A DNA stretch of 64,000 nucleotides from an uncultured cyanobacterium (lineage in GTDB: Bacteria; Cyanobacteriota; Cyanobacteriia; PCC-6307; Cyanobiaceae): assembly GCA_963765575.1 (NCBI GenBank), contig CAVXWZ010000011.1:32001-96000 (forward strand), read 5' to 3'. Both the position numbers and the translations under genes were made by a program. Position 1 is the first letter of the stretch. Every line of letters starts with the position of its first letter. The notes under the pieces were generated by a model, which saw only the letters and a program-made list of their open reading frames with translations, was not told where the DNA came from and searched no databases. Shown here piece after piece: positions 15,668 through 26,800 of this stretch.

Positions 15668-16504
15668 ATGAGCGGCCTTTCCATGCGTACTGATCCCATG
15701 CGTACTGAACCCACCACCGTTCTGTTCACGAACTCCCGGCCGCGTCGCCTGACGACCCGCCCGCGGCTCCGGTTCCGCCCTGCCGGCGCCCTGGCCATGG
15801 CCGCAGCCCTGACCATGGCCGTTCTTGCTGGCGCTGCCCCGGCCCGTGCCGCCGCCATCCAGTCAGCCCAGGTCAAGCGCGTGATCGATGGCCGGGAGGT
15901 TTACATCGATGGCCGTACCGCCAAGCCCGGCAATGTCGCCCGCTCCGGGCAGCAGCTGCGCACCGGCCGCAGCCGCGCCGAGTTGCTGTTCGACGGTCGC
16001 ACGGTGGGCTTCATGGGTCGCTCCAGCGTGCTCAACGTCGGCAGCCAGTGTCTGCGCCTGGATCGGGGGGCGGTGCTGATCAGTGGCCCCCAGAAAACCT
16101 GCCTCGGCTCCAAGGTGCTGGGGGTTCGGGGCACCACCACCATCGTGCAGCGCGAGCGCGATTCCTACAACGTCATCACCCTCGAGGGGGTGGCCTACGT
16201 GGGCGAACCGGGGGGCTACGAGGAGCAACGGCAGAACCGCCCTGCCGATCAGAACCGTGCGCCCGAGACCCAGGGGGCCGCCACCGGCATTGGTGCTGTG
16301 GTGGATGCCGACCCCAGCGGCCGCACCACCTACATCTGTGGCTGTGAGGTGGCCCAGTTCAGCCTCAACGGTGAGTTCGAGCGCCAGGCGGCCCTGAGCC
16401 GCTCCCAGCTGCTGGCGGCCCTCAACCGCTTCACCGATGGCCAACTGGAGCTGCCCGCCGGCGTCGACGAGCGCATTCAGGAGTCGATCACCCGCTGCCG
16501 CTGA
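15668..16504 (+). CDS. FecR-domain exported protein (start uncertain)
   Basis: Signal-peptide-like hydrophobic stretch; LRTGRSRAELLFDG and LGVRGTT motifs. Confidence 0.75.
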   Translation: MSGLSMRTDPMRTEPTTVLFTNSRPRRLTTRPRLRFRPAGALAMAAALTMAVLAGAAPARAAAIQSAQVKRVIDGREVYIDGRTAKPGNVARSGQQLRTGRSRAELLFDGRTVGFMGRSSVLNVGSQCLRLDRGAVLISGPQKTCLGSKVLGVRGTTTIVQRERDSYNVITLEGVAYVGEPGGYEEQRQNRPADQNRAPETQGAATGIGAVVDADPSGRTTYICGCEVAQFSLNGEFERQAALSRSQLLAALNRFTDGQLELPAGVDERIQESITRCR

Positions 16505-16525
16505 CAGCTCCCGGGCCCGTCAGCC

Positions 16526-18004
16526 TCACCAGATCCGCGTGGTGAAGATCTGCTTCATGCGTTTGAGCAGCTGATTTTCGTGGGCCATCACGGCGGTGGT
16601 GTTCAGATCCTCCAGCTGATGGCGGCGGGCGGTCACCAGCCGGGCCAGCTCCTCCATCAGGCCTGGATTGCGTTGGATCAGGGGAGCGATGTGTTGCTGA
16701 GCTACCTCCAGCAGCACACATTCATCGCTGGCGATCACGCTGGCGCTGCGCGGACTGTCGCTGAGGAGTGACATCTCACCGAAGATGTCGCCGGGCTTGA
16801 GCTGGGCCACGGTCCTGGCGGCCTGGCCGGCCTGCCCCTTGCGCACCTCCATCCGTCCGATGACCAGCTGGTAGAGGGAATCGCCGGGATCCCCTTCCTG
16901 AACCACCACCTCGCCCGGGGAGAACCGCAGGCAGCTGGCCTGCTGGGCGAGACTGGCCAGCTCCCCATCGCTGAGCTTGCTGAACAGCGGATTGCGCTCC
17001 AGCAGCTTGATGCGTTCGTCGTCGACCAGGCGGTTGGGATGGTTGCCATCCACCGGGGCCCGCTTGGGCCGCAGCTCCCGCACCGGATAGGGCACGCTCT
17101 GCCCGGCGCGCTCGAGGGCATACCAGATCTGGGCGAGCAGCTCACTGCGCAGCTTCAACTGGTCGAGCTCAGTGCCGGGGCGCTGAAACACCAGGATCCC
17201 GTAGCTGATGGAGCTCTCCTCGAAACTCTCCACCAGCACCACCGGGGGCGGATCGTTGAGCACCTGCGGGTGCCGCTGCAGCACATCCAGCACCAGGGCG
17301 CAGGCCTGGGTGGTGGGCAGGGCGTAGTCGAGGCCCACATGGAAGCGGTTGCCCATGCTGCCGAAGCGACCGAAGTTCCTCACCACCGCCTCGGTCACGG
17401 TGGTGTTGGGAACCACCACCAGGGTGCCTGTCATGTCGCGGAGGCAGGTGTCATGCCAGTCCACCGACACCACCACACCCCGGTGCTGCTGGTCCACTTC
17501 GATGTAGTCCCCCACCTCAAAGACGTCGTCGAGCTGCAGCTCCAGTCCGGCGAAGAGATCCTTGAGCGGTTCCTGGGCCGCCAGGCCGAGCACGGCGGTG
17601 AGCACCGCCGAGGTGGTGACCAGGCCCACCACATCGAAGCGGGCCAGCTCCCGCAGCACGATCACCGTGGCGATGGCCGATCCCCCGAGCATCAGCAGCT
17701 GCACCAGGATCTGCGGCTGCGGTTTGCGCCAGCCCAGGGCCGGGGGCAGTTCGAGGGTGAGCCAGAGCAGCAGCCGAATCAGCAGGTAGCTGACCAGCAG
17801 CTCGTCGACGACCAGAAACCAGGTGCGAGAGGAGCTGGCAGCCAGTCCTTCGCGGAAGGAGCTCCCCACGGCCCAGGCCAGCAGCGCCGCCGCCGCCAGC
17901 TGCACGGGCAGATCGGGCAGCCTCAGGCGGCGGCTGAGCTGCTTGAGCGGCAGCAGCAGGGCCAGAAACGTGATGGCGGTCAGCCACACCTGCAGCAGTG
18001 GCAT
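16526..18004 (-). CDS. MscS-family mechanosensitive channel with C-terminal cNMP-binding domain
   Basis: VLGLAAQEPLKDLFAG, VGDYIEV, VVPN; FGEMSLLSDSPRSASV. Confidence 0.9.
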   Translation of the reverse strand: MPLLQVWLTAITFLALLLPLKQLSRRLRLPDLPVQLAAAALLAWAVGSSFREGLAASSSRTWFLVVDELLVSYLLIRLLLWLTLELPPALGWRKPQPQILVQLLMLGGSAIATVIVLRELARFDVVGLVTTSAVLTAVLGLAAQEPLKDLFAGLELQLDDVFEVGDYIEVDQQHRGVVVSVDWHDTCLRDMTGTLVVVPNTTVTEAVVRNFGRFGSMGNRFHVGLDYALPTTQACALVLDVLQRHPQVLNDPPPVVLVESFEESSISYGILVFQRPGTELDQLKLRSELLAQIWYALERAGQSVPYPVRELRPKRAPVDGNHPNRLVDDERIKLLERNPLFSKLSDGELASLAQQASCLRFSPGEVVVQEGDPGDSLYQLVIGRMEVRKGQAGQAARTVAQLKPGDIFGEMSLLSDSPRSASVIASDECVLLEVAQQHIAPLIQRNPGLMEELARLVTARRHQLEDLNTTAVMAHENQLLKRMKQIFTTRIW

Positions 18005-18163
18005 CCGGTGCGCGAATCAGAACGGGGGAGGCGGCTGCTCTGGCGACCACAGCTCGGCTCCAGCGCAGATTAGGTGGCGTCGCCGAGCCGGTGGTAGATC
18101 CGTGCCGTCGTCCCTGCGCTGGATCCTCACTGCGGTTGAGGATCGCCACCGCCCACCTCCGCC

Positions 18164-18880
18164 ATGACCCTTTCCTCCCCCTGGCCGGCGACGCTGGCCG
18201 TCATCACCGGCCTCGGCGCCGCCCTGGCCGCCCCCACGCCGCTGGCGGCTCAGCAGGTGCAGCTGCGCTGTGATGGCACCCTGCTGCAGGCCCAGGGCAA
18301 CGCCGAACAGAAGCGCCCGATCCAGGGCCTGCGGTTCTCCCTCGCTGTGGAGGGCGAGGGCGCCAGCACCGATGCGGCCCTCGGCCAGTTGCAGCAGCGC
18401 CTCGCTGCCGTGCGCTCGGCGCTGCAACGCCTCGACGTCCAGGAGCTGGACGTCAGCTCACCCTCCAGCTCCATGCGCCCGGCTGAGCGCGGACGCCCTG
18501 CCCTCGGCCGGGCCAGCCTGCGGGTCAGCGGTGGGCTGCGCCCGGAGCGTCTGCAGGCCCTGGTGCGCGAGGTGGGAGGCCTGCCCGGGGTGCGCCTGGC
18601 GCCGGTGAGCGCCGAGGCCGATGCGAGTGGGGCCGCAGCGGTGAGGCGCGAGCTGCTCCGGGCCGCCTACCGGGACGCCCTGGCCCAGGCCCGGGAGATG
18701 GCCGAGGCGATCGGCCTGGGCAACCCAGCCCCGCTGCAGGTGCAGATCCAATCGGCCTTTCGGCCCGTGCCCATGGCGGCGGCGGCGCGGGATGGGCAGT
18801 CAGTGCCCGACTTTGATCCCGGAGAGCTGCCCCAGCCCATCGATCGGCTGCAGCTGACGGCGCAATTCTGTGCCCGTTGA
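18164..18880 (+). CDS. SIMPL (DUF541) domain exported protein
   Basis: Signal peptide; LLRAAYRDALAQAREMAEAIGL pattern. Confidence 0.7.
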   Translation: MTLSSPWPATLAVITGLGAALAAPTPLAAQQVQLRCDGTLLQAQGNAEQKRPIQGLRFSLAVEGEGASTDAALGQLQQRLAAVRSALQRLDVQELDVSSPSSSMRPAERGRPALGRASLRVSGGLRPERLQALVREVGGLPGVRLAPVSAEADASGAAAVRRELLRAAYRDALAQAREMAEAIGLGNPAPLQVQIQSAFRPVPMAAAARDGQSVPDFDPGELPQPIDRLQLTAQFCAR

Positions 18881-18886
18881 TTCCTG

Positions 18887-18928
18887 CCAGGCCACAGCCA
18901 CGCCGTTCCAGGCCACAGCCACGCCGTT
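18887..18928. repeat. Perfect 21-bp tandem duplication
   Basis: ccaggccacagccacgccgtt x2, intergenic. Confidence 0.9.
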
Positions 18929-19005
18929 GGATACAACCGAGGCGATGGCATGGTGATGGTTAAAATACCCATGCTGAGCCAGTCTCTGATGGTGTCCTGC
19001 GGCTG

Positions 19006-19389
19006 ATGACTTCCCCCGGCGACCTCCTCCAGGCTGGGGTGCAGCTGGTCATGCTGCTGGCCATGGGCCACTTCCTGGGCGATTTCGGCCTTCAGAGTGA
19101 TCGCATGGCCCAGGAGAAGTGCCGGGGGAAGGATCACACCCTGCCCTGGCAGTGGTGGTTGATGTCCCACGCCGCCATCCACGGCCTGGTGGTGGCGGTG
19201 CTCACCGGGGTGGTGTGGCTTGGGGTGGCGGAGTGGTTGGCGCACATGCTCATTGACGATGGCAAATGTCGCCATCGTTACAGCCTTGGCTTTGATCAGT
19301 TGCTGCATCTGATCTGCAAAGTTTTGTGGGTGGTGGTGATGATCGCCAACGGCTGGCTGGGTGCCTCAGGCCTGGTGCGCCTGGCCTGA
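19006..19389 (+). CDS. DUF3307-family membrane protein
   Basis: HFLGDFGLQS, HAAIH, HMLID, DQLLH motifs. Confidence 0.8.
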   Translation: MTSPGDLLQAGVQLVMLLAMGHFLGDFGLQSDRMAQEKCRGKDHTLPWQWWLMSHAAIHGLVVAVLTGVVWLGVAEWLAHMLIDDGKCRHRYSLGFDQLLHLICKVLWVVVMIANGWLGASGLVRLA

Positions 19390-19403
19390 TTCAGCTGCCG
19401 ATC

Positions 19404-21422
19404 TCATTCGTCCCCGAGGTAGGTGGTCTGCTCGAGGCTGGATTTCAGGTGGGCCATGAGCCGGCGGGCGTCGGCGATGCCCAGCCTGCCCCTGCCGATC
19501 GCCGCCTCGCTGGCCATCCGCAGCCGCTCCAGCAGCAGCGCCGGATCGTGTTCCATCGCCTCCAGCACCTCGGCGTTGGTGTCGCCGCGCACCACGTGGT
19601 CCACCTGGTATCCCCCCCCGGCCGCCACCCGGATGTGCACCGCATTGGTGCTGCCGAAGAGGTTGTGCAGATTGCCCATCACCTCCTGGTAGGCGCCGGC
19701 GAGGAACAGCCCGATCCAGTAGGGCTCACCCGGCCGCAGCCCATGCAGCTCCAGCAGCGGCTTGACCTGGCCCCGGTCGATGAAGCGGGCGAGCTTGCCG
19801 TCGGAGTCGCAGGTGAGGTCAGCGAAGCTGCCCAGCCCCAGGGGCCGCTCGTTGAGGCGCTGCAGGGGCAGCACCGGGAACAGCTGGTCGATCGCCCAGG
19901 TGTCCGGGGCCGAGCGGAACACCGAGAGGTTGGCGTAGTAGGTGCCGGCCAGCACGGCCGGCAGGGCGAGCAGCTGCTCCGGCACCGGCTGGTCCGCAGG
20001 CAGGGCCGCCAGGTGGCGGTCGATTGCCTGGCAGCAGGCCCAGGTGAGCTGCTCGGCCTGGCCCCGCTCCGGCAGGCTGAGGTAGCCCAGCCGGAACGCC
20101 GCCAGGGCGTCATCGCGGAACTTGAGGGCATCGTTCCAGGCCTCCTGCAACTGCTCCAGCCCGCCACTGCCGGTCCCAGCGCCCGTGGGCGCCGTCCAGG
20201 CCTCGATCACCCCCAGGGTGTCGCGCAGGTTGCGCAGGATCAGGGCTTCCTCCCCCAGGACCTGCGGCACCGTGCCGGCCAGGGAGGCGCTGCCGAGCAC
20301 GTTGAACACCAGCACCGAAAAGTGGCTGGCGATCGCCCGGCCGCTCTCGCTCACCAGGGTGGGGGGCGTGACGCCGTGGGGCTCACAGCACTCGCGCACC
20401 GTGGCCACCACGTCGTTGGCGTAGTTCTGCAGCGAATAGTTCTTGGAGGCAGCGCTGGCGGTGCGGCTGCCGTCGTAGTCGACGCCCAGGCCTCCGCCCA
20501 CATCGAGATAGCCCATCGGTGCCCCCAGCCGGGTGAGCTCCACGTAGATGCGTCCCGCTTCCTGCAGGGCGTCCTTGAGCACGGCGATGTCGTTGATCTG
20601 GCTGCCGATGTGGAAGTGCAGCAACCGCAGGTCGCTCAGCAGCCCCGCCGCCCGCAGGGCCTCCACGCAGGTCAGCAGATCCGGCACCGAGAGCCCGAAC
20701 TTGGCCCGCTCCCCCACCGAACTGCCCCAGCGGCCAGTGCTGCGGGTCGCCAGCTTGGCGCGGATGCCGATCAGGGGCGCGGCGCCCAGCTCATGGCTGG
20801 CGGCGATGATCCGCGGCACCTCGTCGGCCTGCTCGATCACCACCACGGGCTGGCGCCCCAGCTGGCGGGCCAGGATCGCCGTCTCGATGTAGCGCTGATC
20901 CTTGTAGCCGTTGCAGATCAGCAGGGCGTCGGGGTCGTTGAGCAGCGACAGGGCGATCAGCAGCTCGGCCTTGCTGCCCGCTTCCAGGCCGAAATGCCAG
21001 CGCCGGCCGCTCTCCACCAGCTGCTCCACCACGTGGCGCTGCTGGTTGCACTTCACCGGGAACACCCCCTGATAGCGGCCGGCGTAGCCGTATTGGGCGA
21101 TGGCCCGCTCAAAGGCGGCGTGCAGCCGCTCCAGCCGGTCTTCGAGGATGTCGTCGAAGCGGATCAGCAGCGGCAGGCTCAGGTCGCGGCCCTGCAGTTC
21201 CCCCACCAGCTCCACCAGATCCAGCGAGCCGCCCCGATCGCCCCGCGGCTGCACCATCACGTGGCCGCGGCCGCTCACCGAGAAATAGGGGTCGCCCCAG
21301 CGGTCGAGGCCGTAGAGAGCGGCGCCGTCGGCGGCGGTCCAGCCGTCGGGCTGGGCGGCTGCCGGCCCGGCACGGTCGTCGCCGGGGGGTGCGTCGTGGT
21401 GGCGGCGATCGGCGAGCACCAT
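19404..21422 (-). CDS. speA: Biosynthetic arginine decarboxylase
   Basis: VFPVKCNQ, GLEAGSKAEL, HFHIGSQI, DVGGGLGVDYDG, DLTCDSDG, GAYQEVMGNLHNLFG. Confidence 0.95.
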   Translation of the reverse strand: MVLADRRHHDAPPGDDRAGPAAAQPDGWTAADGAALYGLDRWGDPYFSVSGRGHVMVQPRGDRGGSLDLVELVGELQGRDLSLPLLIRFDDILEDRLERLHAAFERAIAQYGYAGRYQGVFPVKCNQQRHVVEQLVESGRRWHFGLEAGSKAELLIALSLLNDPDALLICNGYKDQRYIETAILARQLGRQPVVVIEQADEVPRIIAASHELGAAPLIGIRAKLATRSTGRWGSSVGERAKFGLSVPDLLTCVEALRAAGLLSDLRLLHFHIGSQINDIAVLKDALQEAGRIYVELTRLGAPMGYLDVGGGLGVDYDGSRTASAASKNYSLQNYANDVVATVRECCEPHGVTPPTLVSESGRAIASHFSVLVFNVLGSASLAGTVPQVLGEEALILRNLRDTLGVIEAWTAPTGAGTGSGGLEQLQEAWNDALKFRDDALAAFRLGYLSLPERGQAEQLTWACCQAIDRHLAALPADQPVPEQLLALPAVLAGTYYANLSVFRSAPDTWAIDQLFPVLPLQRLNERPLGLGSFADLTCDSDGKLARFIDRGQVKPLLELHGLRPGEPYWIGLFLAGAYQEVMGNLHNLFGSTNAVHIRVAAGGGYQVDHVVRGDTNAEVLEAMEHDPALLLERLRMASEAAIGRGRLGIADARRLMAHLKSSLEQTTYLGDE

Positions 21423-21622
21423 GGGGCCGGAAGACGGTTTGCTGATCGTGCCATCCTCCCCAGACTGTCGGGGGATCCAAGGCCCCTGTGTGCTCACCGC
21501 AAGGGGCAGCCCCTGTTCCGGTTCGCTGGCAGGCGCTGGTCGGTAGCCAGCGTGCCGCCAGGGTCGCGGTAGGGGCAGGTTGGCTGCCCTCTGCCTCTGC
21601 CGTCTGTCCCCTGAGCCGAGCC

Positions 21623-22366
21623 ATGACGATCGCCCCCCGCACAGCCCCCCCCACGGCCCTGCACCTGCCCCGCTCCCTGGTTCACCGCCGACCGGCCTCA
21701 GCCGCTGCCGCCGGCACGGGGGGGTTGCTGGTGCTCCTGGCCGCCGGCCTGGGGGCGCCTGCGCTGCGGGCGGCCCCCCCGCCAGTGCTGCCGCGGGTGG
21801 TGGCGGTGCCCTCGCGACCCGCCTGGGTGCAGCCACCCGGGGCCCGCGAGCGGCCCGCGGCGGTGGGACAGAGCCTGGTGACCAACACGCTGGTGCGCAC
21901 CAGCAAGCCCGGACGCCTGCAGGTGCAACTGGCCGATGGCCGCAGTTTCCGCCTCGGCGGTGATGCCCTGCTGCGCCTTCGCCCCCGCTCGTTGAAGCTC
22001 GAGCGCGGCCAGATCATCGCCTGGGTCACACCGGGGAGCCCGGGCGCCGGCCCCCTGGAGGTGCGCACCCGCAGCGCCAGCGCCTCGATCGAGGGCACAA
22101 CGGTGTTTGTGGATGCCGGTGAGCGTGACCTGCGCCTGTTCAGCTGGGAGGGCCGGGTGCGGGTGGTCACCGATGCCGGCGACACCGTGATCCTCAACAG
22201 CGGCGAGGAGCTGGCCTTCCGCGATGGTGCCTGGCAGCCGCCCCGGCGGCTCAGCCGTGAAGAGGCGGCCAAGCGCAGCGCCCGCAGCCAGTTGCTGCGG
22301 GGCTTTGACGTGCCGATGGACACCCTGCCCCTGATCGAGGAGGCCCTCGAGATCGAGGTGCGGTGA
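21623..22366 (+). CDS. FecR-domain exported protein
   Basis: VQLADGRSFRLGGDA, LERGQI, ASIEGTT; stop overlaps the start of the downstream cyclase. Confidence 0.8.
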   Translation: MTIAPRTAPPTALHLPRSLVHRRPASAAAAGTGGLLVLLAAGLGAPALRAAPPPVLPRVVAVPSRPAWVQPPGARERPAAVGQSLVTNTLVRTSKPGRLQVQLADGRSFRLGGDALLRLRPRSLKLERGQIIAWVTPGSPGAGPLEVRTRSASASIEGTTVFVDAGERDLRLFSWEGRVRVVTDAGDTVILNSGEELAFRDGAWQPPRRLSREEAAKRSARSQLLRGFDVPMDTLPLIEEALEIEVR

Positions 22367-24219
22367 GGGCGCCTGCGGCCCTGCTCTGGACCCTGCCGCT
22401 GGCGCTGCCGCTGCTGGCGCTGCCGCCCCTGGCCTCCACCCCGGCGGGGCGAGGGCTGAGCGCCCTCGACGCCCAGCTCGAGGTGCTGGCCTTCCAGCTG
22501 CGCGGCCCCCGGCCCGCCCCGGACGACCTGGTGATCCTGGCCATTGACGGCCCCTCGCTCAGCCTCGACCAGCTGCTCAGCGCCGAGGAGCGCCAGGCCT
22601 CGCCGCTCTGGAGTGCCATGGGCCCCTGGCCCTGGCCCCGGGCGCTGCAGGCGGAGCTGGCGGCCCGGCTGCTCGAGCAGGGGGCTCGCCAGGTGGTGCT
22701 GAATGTGGTGCTGGCCGAGCCCAGTCGCTACGGGCCCGCCGACGATGCGGCCTTCCGGCGGCGGCTGCAGCCCTGGCGCGCCCAGCTGGTGCTGGCGGCG
22801 GGCTGGACCGTGGAGCGGCCGTCCCCCGGCCTGGCCCTGGGCAGCCTGCGCCGCCCCGGCCTCGTCGAGCCCTGGAGGGCTGAGGGCTCACCGACGCCCC
22901 GGGAGGGCCTGACCACGGTGCTGCAGTCCCCCCAGGGGGTGGTCGATGCCATCCCCGGCCGCGCCTGGATGGCGCGCAACCTGGCGGCGTTCCCACCGCC
23001 GCTGCCAACGCCCCTCGCCTATGCCGTGGCCGAGCGGGACCCCCCGCAGGCGCCCACCGGCATCAACTACCCCGGCCCGGCCGGCAGCATCACGCGCCTG
23101 AGTGCCTGGCAGCTGCCCCAGGCCGACCCCGCCTTCTGGCGCGGCCGCACCGTGGTGATCGGCGCCACCACCGCCGGCCTGGGGGACCAGCTGGAGACGC
23201 CCTTCGGCGCCCAGAGCGGCACCGATGTGCAGGCGGCGGCGATCGCCTCGGTGCTCAGCGACCGGGGCCTGCATCCGCTGCCGGCCCCCCTGGCGGCGGC
23301 GGCTCTGCTGGCCATGGTGGCGATCAGCGCCATCAGCCTGGGCCGCAGCCCCGGTTCCCAGCGCTCGCTGCTGCTGGGGGTGGGCCTGTGCCTGGGGGGC
23401 CTGCTGCTCGCGGCGCTGCTCTGGGGTCTGGCGCTGCGACGCTCCCCGGCCGCGGCCCTGGCACTGCCGCCCCTGGCGGCGGCTGGGCTGCGGGCCAGCG
23501 GCCAGGCGCGGGGGGAACAGCGCCAGCGCCGGGTGCTTCAGAAGCTTCTGGCCAGCCGCCTCTCGCCGGCGCTGCTGGAGGAGATCCTGCGGGATCCAGC
23601 CCCCTTCTGGACCCAGGCCCAGGGGTCCCGCTGCCGCTGCGTGGTGCTGTTCACCGATCTCGAGGGGTTCACAACCCTGAGCTCGCGGCTGGAACCCGGA
23701 GCTCTGTTCGCCCTGCTCAACCGCTATTTCGATGCCATCGGCGAGTCGGTGGTGGCCGAAGGTGGGCTGCTCGACAAGTTCATCGGCGATGCCCTGATGG
23801 CGGAGTTCGGCGTGCCCCGCTCCCGGGGCGAACGCCAGGAGGCGCTGGCGGCCCTGCGGGCCGTGGCCGCCATGCGCGAGCGGCTGGCGGCCCTCAACCA
23901 GCAGCTGGCCGCGGAAGGCCTGCCGCCCCTGCGCCAGCGGCTGGGGCTCCATGTCGGTGATGTCATGGCCGGCAACCTGGGCAGTCAGCGGCACCTGGAA
24001 TTCACCGTGGTGGGGGCGGCGGTGAACGTGGCCAGCCGCCTCCAGGAGCTGGGGCGCCAATTTCCCCACTGCGACCTGCTGCTCAGCGGTGAGTTGCGCG
24101 CCCTGCTGCCCGCCGACCTGCCGCTCCAGGCTCTGGGCCAGCAGCGGCTCAAGGGCTGGCCGGAGCCCATCGCCGTGTACGGCCTGGAGCGGCAGTGCCG
24201 CCTGCGGCTGCCGCCGTAG
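22363..24219 (+). CDS. CHASE2-domain class III adenylate cyclase
   Basis: ILAIDGPS...WPWPR; FTDLEGFT, DKFIGDA, FTVVGAAVNVASRLQ. Confidence 0.9.
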   Translation: MRAPAALLWTLPLALPLLALPPLASTPAGRGLSALDAQLEVLAFQLRGPRPAPDDLVILAIDGPSLSLDQLLSAEERQASPLWSAMGPWPWPRALQAELAARLLEQGARQVVLNVVLAEPSRYGPADDAAFRRRLQPWRAQLVLAAGWTVERPSPGLALGSLRRPGLVEPWRAEGSPTPREGLTTVLQSPQGVVDAIPGRAWMARNLAAFPPPLPTPLAYAVAERDPPQAPTGINYPGPAGSITRLSAWQLPQADPAFWRGRTVVIGATTAGLGDQLETPFGAQSGTDVQAAAIASVLSDRGLHPLPAPLAAAALLAMVAISAISLGRSPGSQRSLLLGVGLCLGGLLLAALLWGLALRRSPAAALALPPLAAAGLRASGQARGEQRQRRVLQKLLASRLSPALLEEILRDPAPFWTQAQGSRCRCVVLFTDLEGFTTLSSRLEPGALFALLNRYFDAIGESVVAEGGLLDKFIGDALMAEFGVPRSRGERQEALAALRAVAAMRERLAALNQQLAAEGLPPLRQRLGLHVGDVMAGNLGSQRHLEFTVVGAAVNVASRLQELGRQFPHCDLLLSGELRALLPADLPLQALGQQRLKGWPEPIAVYGLERQCRLRLPP

Positions 24220-24285
24220 CCGGCCCCGTGCTTGCCAAGCGGTAGGGCCGCCGCACACGATGGCGCCATTCCCTTTTTGTCTTCC

Positions 24286-24744
24286 ATGACTGCCGAACGC
24301 AGCTTCATCGCCATCAAGCCCGACGGCGTGCAGCGGGGGCTGGTGGGCGAGATTCTGGGGCGCTTCGAGCGCAAGGGCTTCAAGCTGGTGGGCCTCAAGC
24401 AGCTCACCCCCAGCCGGGAGCTGGCCGAACAGCATTACGGCGTGCACAGCGAGCGGCCATTCTTCGCTGGCCTGGTGGAGTTCATCACCTCCGGCCCGGT
24501 GGTGGCGATGGTGTGGGAGGGCGACGGCGTGATCGCCAGCGCCCGCAAGCTGATCGGCGCCACCAAGCCCCTGGAGGCCGAGCCCGGCACCATCCGGGGC
24601 GACCTGGCCGTCAACATCGGCCGCAACGTGATCCACGGTTCTGATGCCCCCGAGACGGCGACCTTCGAGATCGGCCTCTGGTTCCAACCCTCTGAGCTGA
24701 GCGACTGGACCCCCGCCGATCAGACCTGGCGCAGCGAGGGCTGA
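24286..24744 (+). CDS. ndk: Nucleoside diphosphate kinase
   Basis: [30 protein letters not shown]. Confidence 0.97.
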   Translation: MTAERSFIAIKPDGVQRGLVGEILGRFERKGFKLVGLKQLTPSRELAEQHYGVHSERPFFAGLVEFITSGPVVAMVWEGDGVIASARKLIGATKPLEAEPGTIRGDLAVNIGRNVIHGSDAPETATFEIGLWFQPSELSDWTPADQTWRSEG

Positions 24745-25910
24745 GGCTGCGGGCCGGGCTGGGGCCGCGGAGCTGCGGCGGTGCCGGCTCCGTTGCCAGC
24801 GAAGCGATCCCAGCGGAAGGCCCCCAGCAGCTCCCCCATGCCGGCATCCCCGGCGGCTGCGTCCAGCCCCGCCAGCTGAGCGCTGATCACCTCGGCGGTG
24901 ACGGCGGCCAGCAGCACGCCGTTGCGGTAGTGGCCCGTCGCCAGCCACAGCCCCTCGATCGCTGAGGGCCCCAGCAGCGGCGCCTGATCGGGCGTGCCGG
25001 GGCGGAACCCCCACCAGCGCTCCATCGGTGGCCAGTGGGCGGCCGCCGGCAGCAGCGCCTCAATGCCCTCCTGCAGCTGGCGCTGGCCCTGGGGGGTGAG
25101 TCCGGCGCCGAAGCCCGCCTCCGGCTCACTCGTGGCACCCACCACCAGCAGGCCGTCCCGGCGTGGCACCAGGTAGGTGCCCGGGCCGAACACCACCCGT
25201 CGCAGCGCCTCCTGCGGCCCCTGCAGCGACAGCATCTGCCCCTTGATCGGCAGCACCGGCAGCTGCGGCAGCAGCCGGGCGCTCCAGGCGCCGCAACTGA
25301 GCACGGCCCGCCCGCTGGCGATCAGCCGCTGCTGGCCCTCCACGGTGCGGGTCCAGACCCCGGCCAGGCGGCCGGCTGCGGTGTCCAGGCCCAGCACCTC
25401 ACTGCCCTCCTGGAAGCGCACCCCCAGGGCGCTGCAGGCCCGCTCCAGGGCCCGCATCAGCCGTCTGCGGTTGTCGATCTGGCCGTCCTGGGGGAACAGC
25501 AGGCCGCTGCGCCACCGCGGCCCGATGCCGTTCACCTCCCGCTCCAGGCCGCTGCGATCGATGGGGATGCCGTGGCCGGCGGTGGGGAAGCGGTCCCGCT
25601 CCGCGGCGCTCAAGAAGGGCACGACGATGCCGCAGCGCCAGAGGCCGCAGGAGAGGCCGGCATCGGCCTCGATCCCGGCCACCCAGGCGGGGACGCGCTC
25701 GAGGCTGCGCTGCCCCAGCTCGAGCATCACCCCCTCCAGGCCCTCGGCATGGGGGGCCAGCATCCCGGCGGCCACGAAGCCGGCCGCCTCGCTGCGCTGC
25801 CGGCTGAGCACCAGCACCGCCTGGCCGCGGCGGGCCAGGGCGTGGGCGGTGGCCAGTCCCATCAGGCCGCCGCCGAGCACCAGCACCGGTTCGCCACCTG
25901 CTGCCGTCAT
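24720..25910 (-). CDS. thiO: Glycine oxidase ThiO
   Basis: GGGLMG FAD motif, [31 protein letters not shown]. Confidence 0.88.
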   Translation of the reverse strand: MTAAGGEPVLVLGGGLMGLATAHALARRGQAVLVLSRQRSEAAGFVAAGMLAPHAEGLEGVMLELGQRSLERVPAWVAGIEADAGLSCGLWRCGIVVPFLSAAERDRFPTAGHGIPIDRSGLEREVNGIGPRWRSGLLFPQDGQIDNRRRLMRALERACSALGVRFQEGSEVLGLDTAAGRLAGVWTRTVEGQQRLIASGRAVLSCGAWSARLLPQLPVLPIKGQMLSLQGPQEALRRVVFGPGTYLVPRRDGLLVVGATSEPEAGFGAGLTPQGQRQLQEGIEALLPAAAHWPPMERWWGFRPGTPDQAPLLGPSAIEGLWLATGHYRNGVLLAAVTAEVISAQLAGLDAAAGDAGMGELLGAFRWDRFAGNGAGTAAAPRPQPGPQPQPSLRQV

Positions 25911-26032
25911 CGCGACCACCGCGGCCAAGGGGATCCAGGATCCAGTGTTTCAGACGGATTCACGCCATCGAGGGGGCCCGAGTTGACGCCATCCATAGGA
26001 TCAGCCTGGCCTGCATCCCGGCGCGGCAGCAG

Positions 26033-26800
26033 ATGGCGGTTCCGGCAGTCCTGAGTTCAGCCCCGTCCACCTCCGCCTTCAGCCGCAGCCGCGCCGGTGC
26101 CGGGCTGGCCGCGGCTGCGTTGCTGCCCCTGCTGTTGGTGCTCGGCCCGGCGCCGGCCCATGGCCGCGAGGGCGCCACGGTGCAGGAGATCCTCGATGGC
26201 CGCGAGCTCTACATCGATCAGCGCCAGGCCAAGGTGAAGCAGCGGGCCGTGGCGCCCCAGGAGATCAGCACCGGCAGGAGCCGCGGCCAGCTGCTGTTCA
26301 ACAGCGGCGCCGGGGGACGGCTCACCAGCTTCTCGCTGATGCGCCTGGGCAGCGGCTGCTTCCAGTTGCAGCGCGGCCAGATTCTGGTTTCCGGCCCCCA
26401 GAGCGGTTGCACGCGCTCGGCCCGCCTGAGCGTGCGCGGCACCAACTACGTGCTGGAGGTGGACGCAGAGGGTGGCTCCGAGCTCTCCGTGCTCGAGGGC
26501 AGCGTGGCGGTGGAGCCCCTGGACGACGGGCAGCCGACCGGGGAGCCCGTCACCACGGTGGAGGCGGGCCAGCGGCTGGCGATCTCGCCCCGGGGCGTGG
26601 TGCTCACGCTGCTGGAGCTCAGCGCCGGTGATTACGGCCGGATCTTCAACGGTCCGCTGTTCGATGGCTTCCGCACGCCGCTGCCCGGCATCGGCTCGCT
26701 GGAGAGCTACGTGCGGCGCGCCGTTCCCGGTGTGAAGCTCCCCTCGGTGCCGGTCAGCCCGTCCTTCCCCGGCTTCAACCTGCTGCCGCGGCTCTTCTAG
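26033..26800 (+). CDS. FecR-domain exported protein
   Basis: Signal peptide; ILDGRELYID, LSVRGTNY, VLEGSV; similar to the 15668 protein. Confidence 0.8.
   Translation: MAVPAVLSSAPSTSAFSRSRAGAGLAAAALLPLLLVLGPAPAHGREGATVQEILDGRELYIDQRQAKVKQRAVAPQEISTGRSRGQLLFNSGAGGRLTSFSLMRLGSGCFQLQRGQILVSGPQSGCTRSARLSVRGTNYVLEVDAEGGSELSVLEGSVAVEPLDDGQPTGEPVTTVEAGQRLAISPRGVVLTLLELSAGDYGRIFNGPLFDGFRTPLPGIGSLESYVRRAVPGVKLPSVPVSPSFPGFNLLPRLF

Noticed and set aside
24720..24744. 3' overlap of thiO and ndk
   Set aside because: A short convergent overlap is ordinary and may reflect a low-complexity tail.
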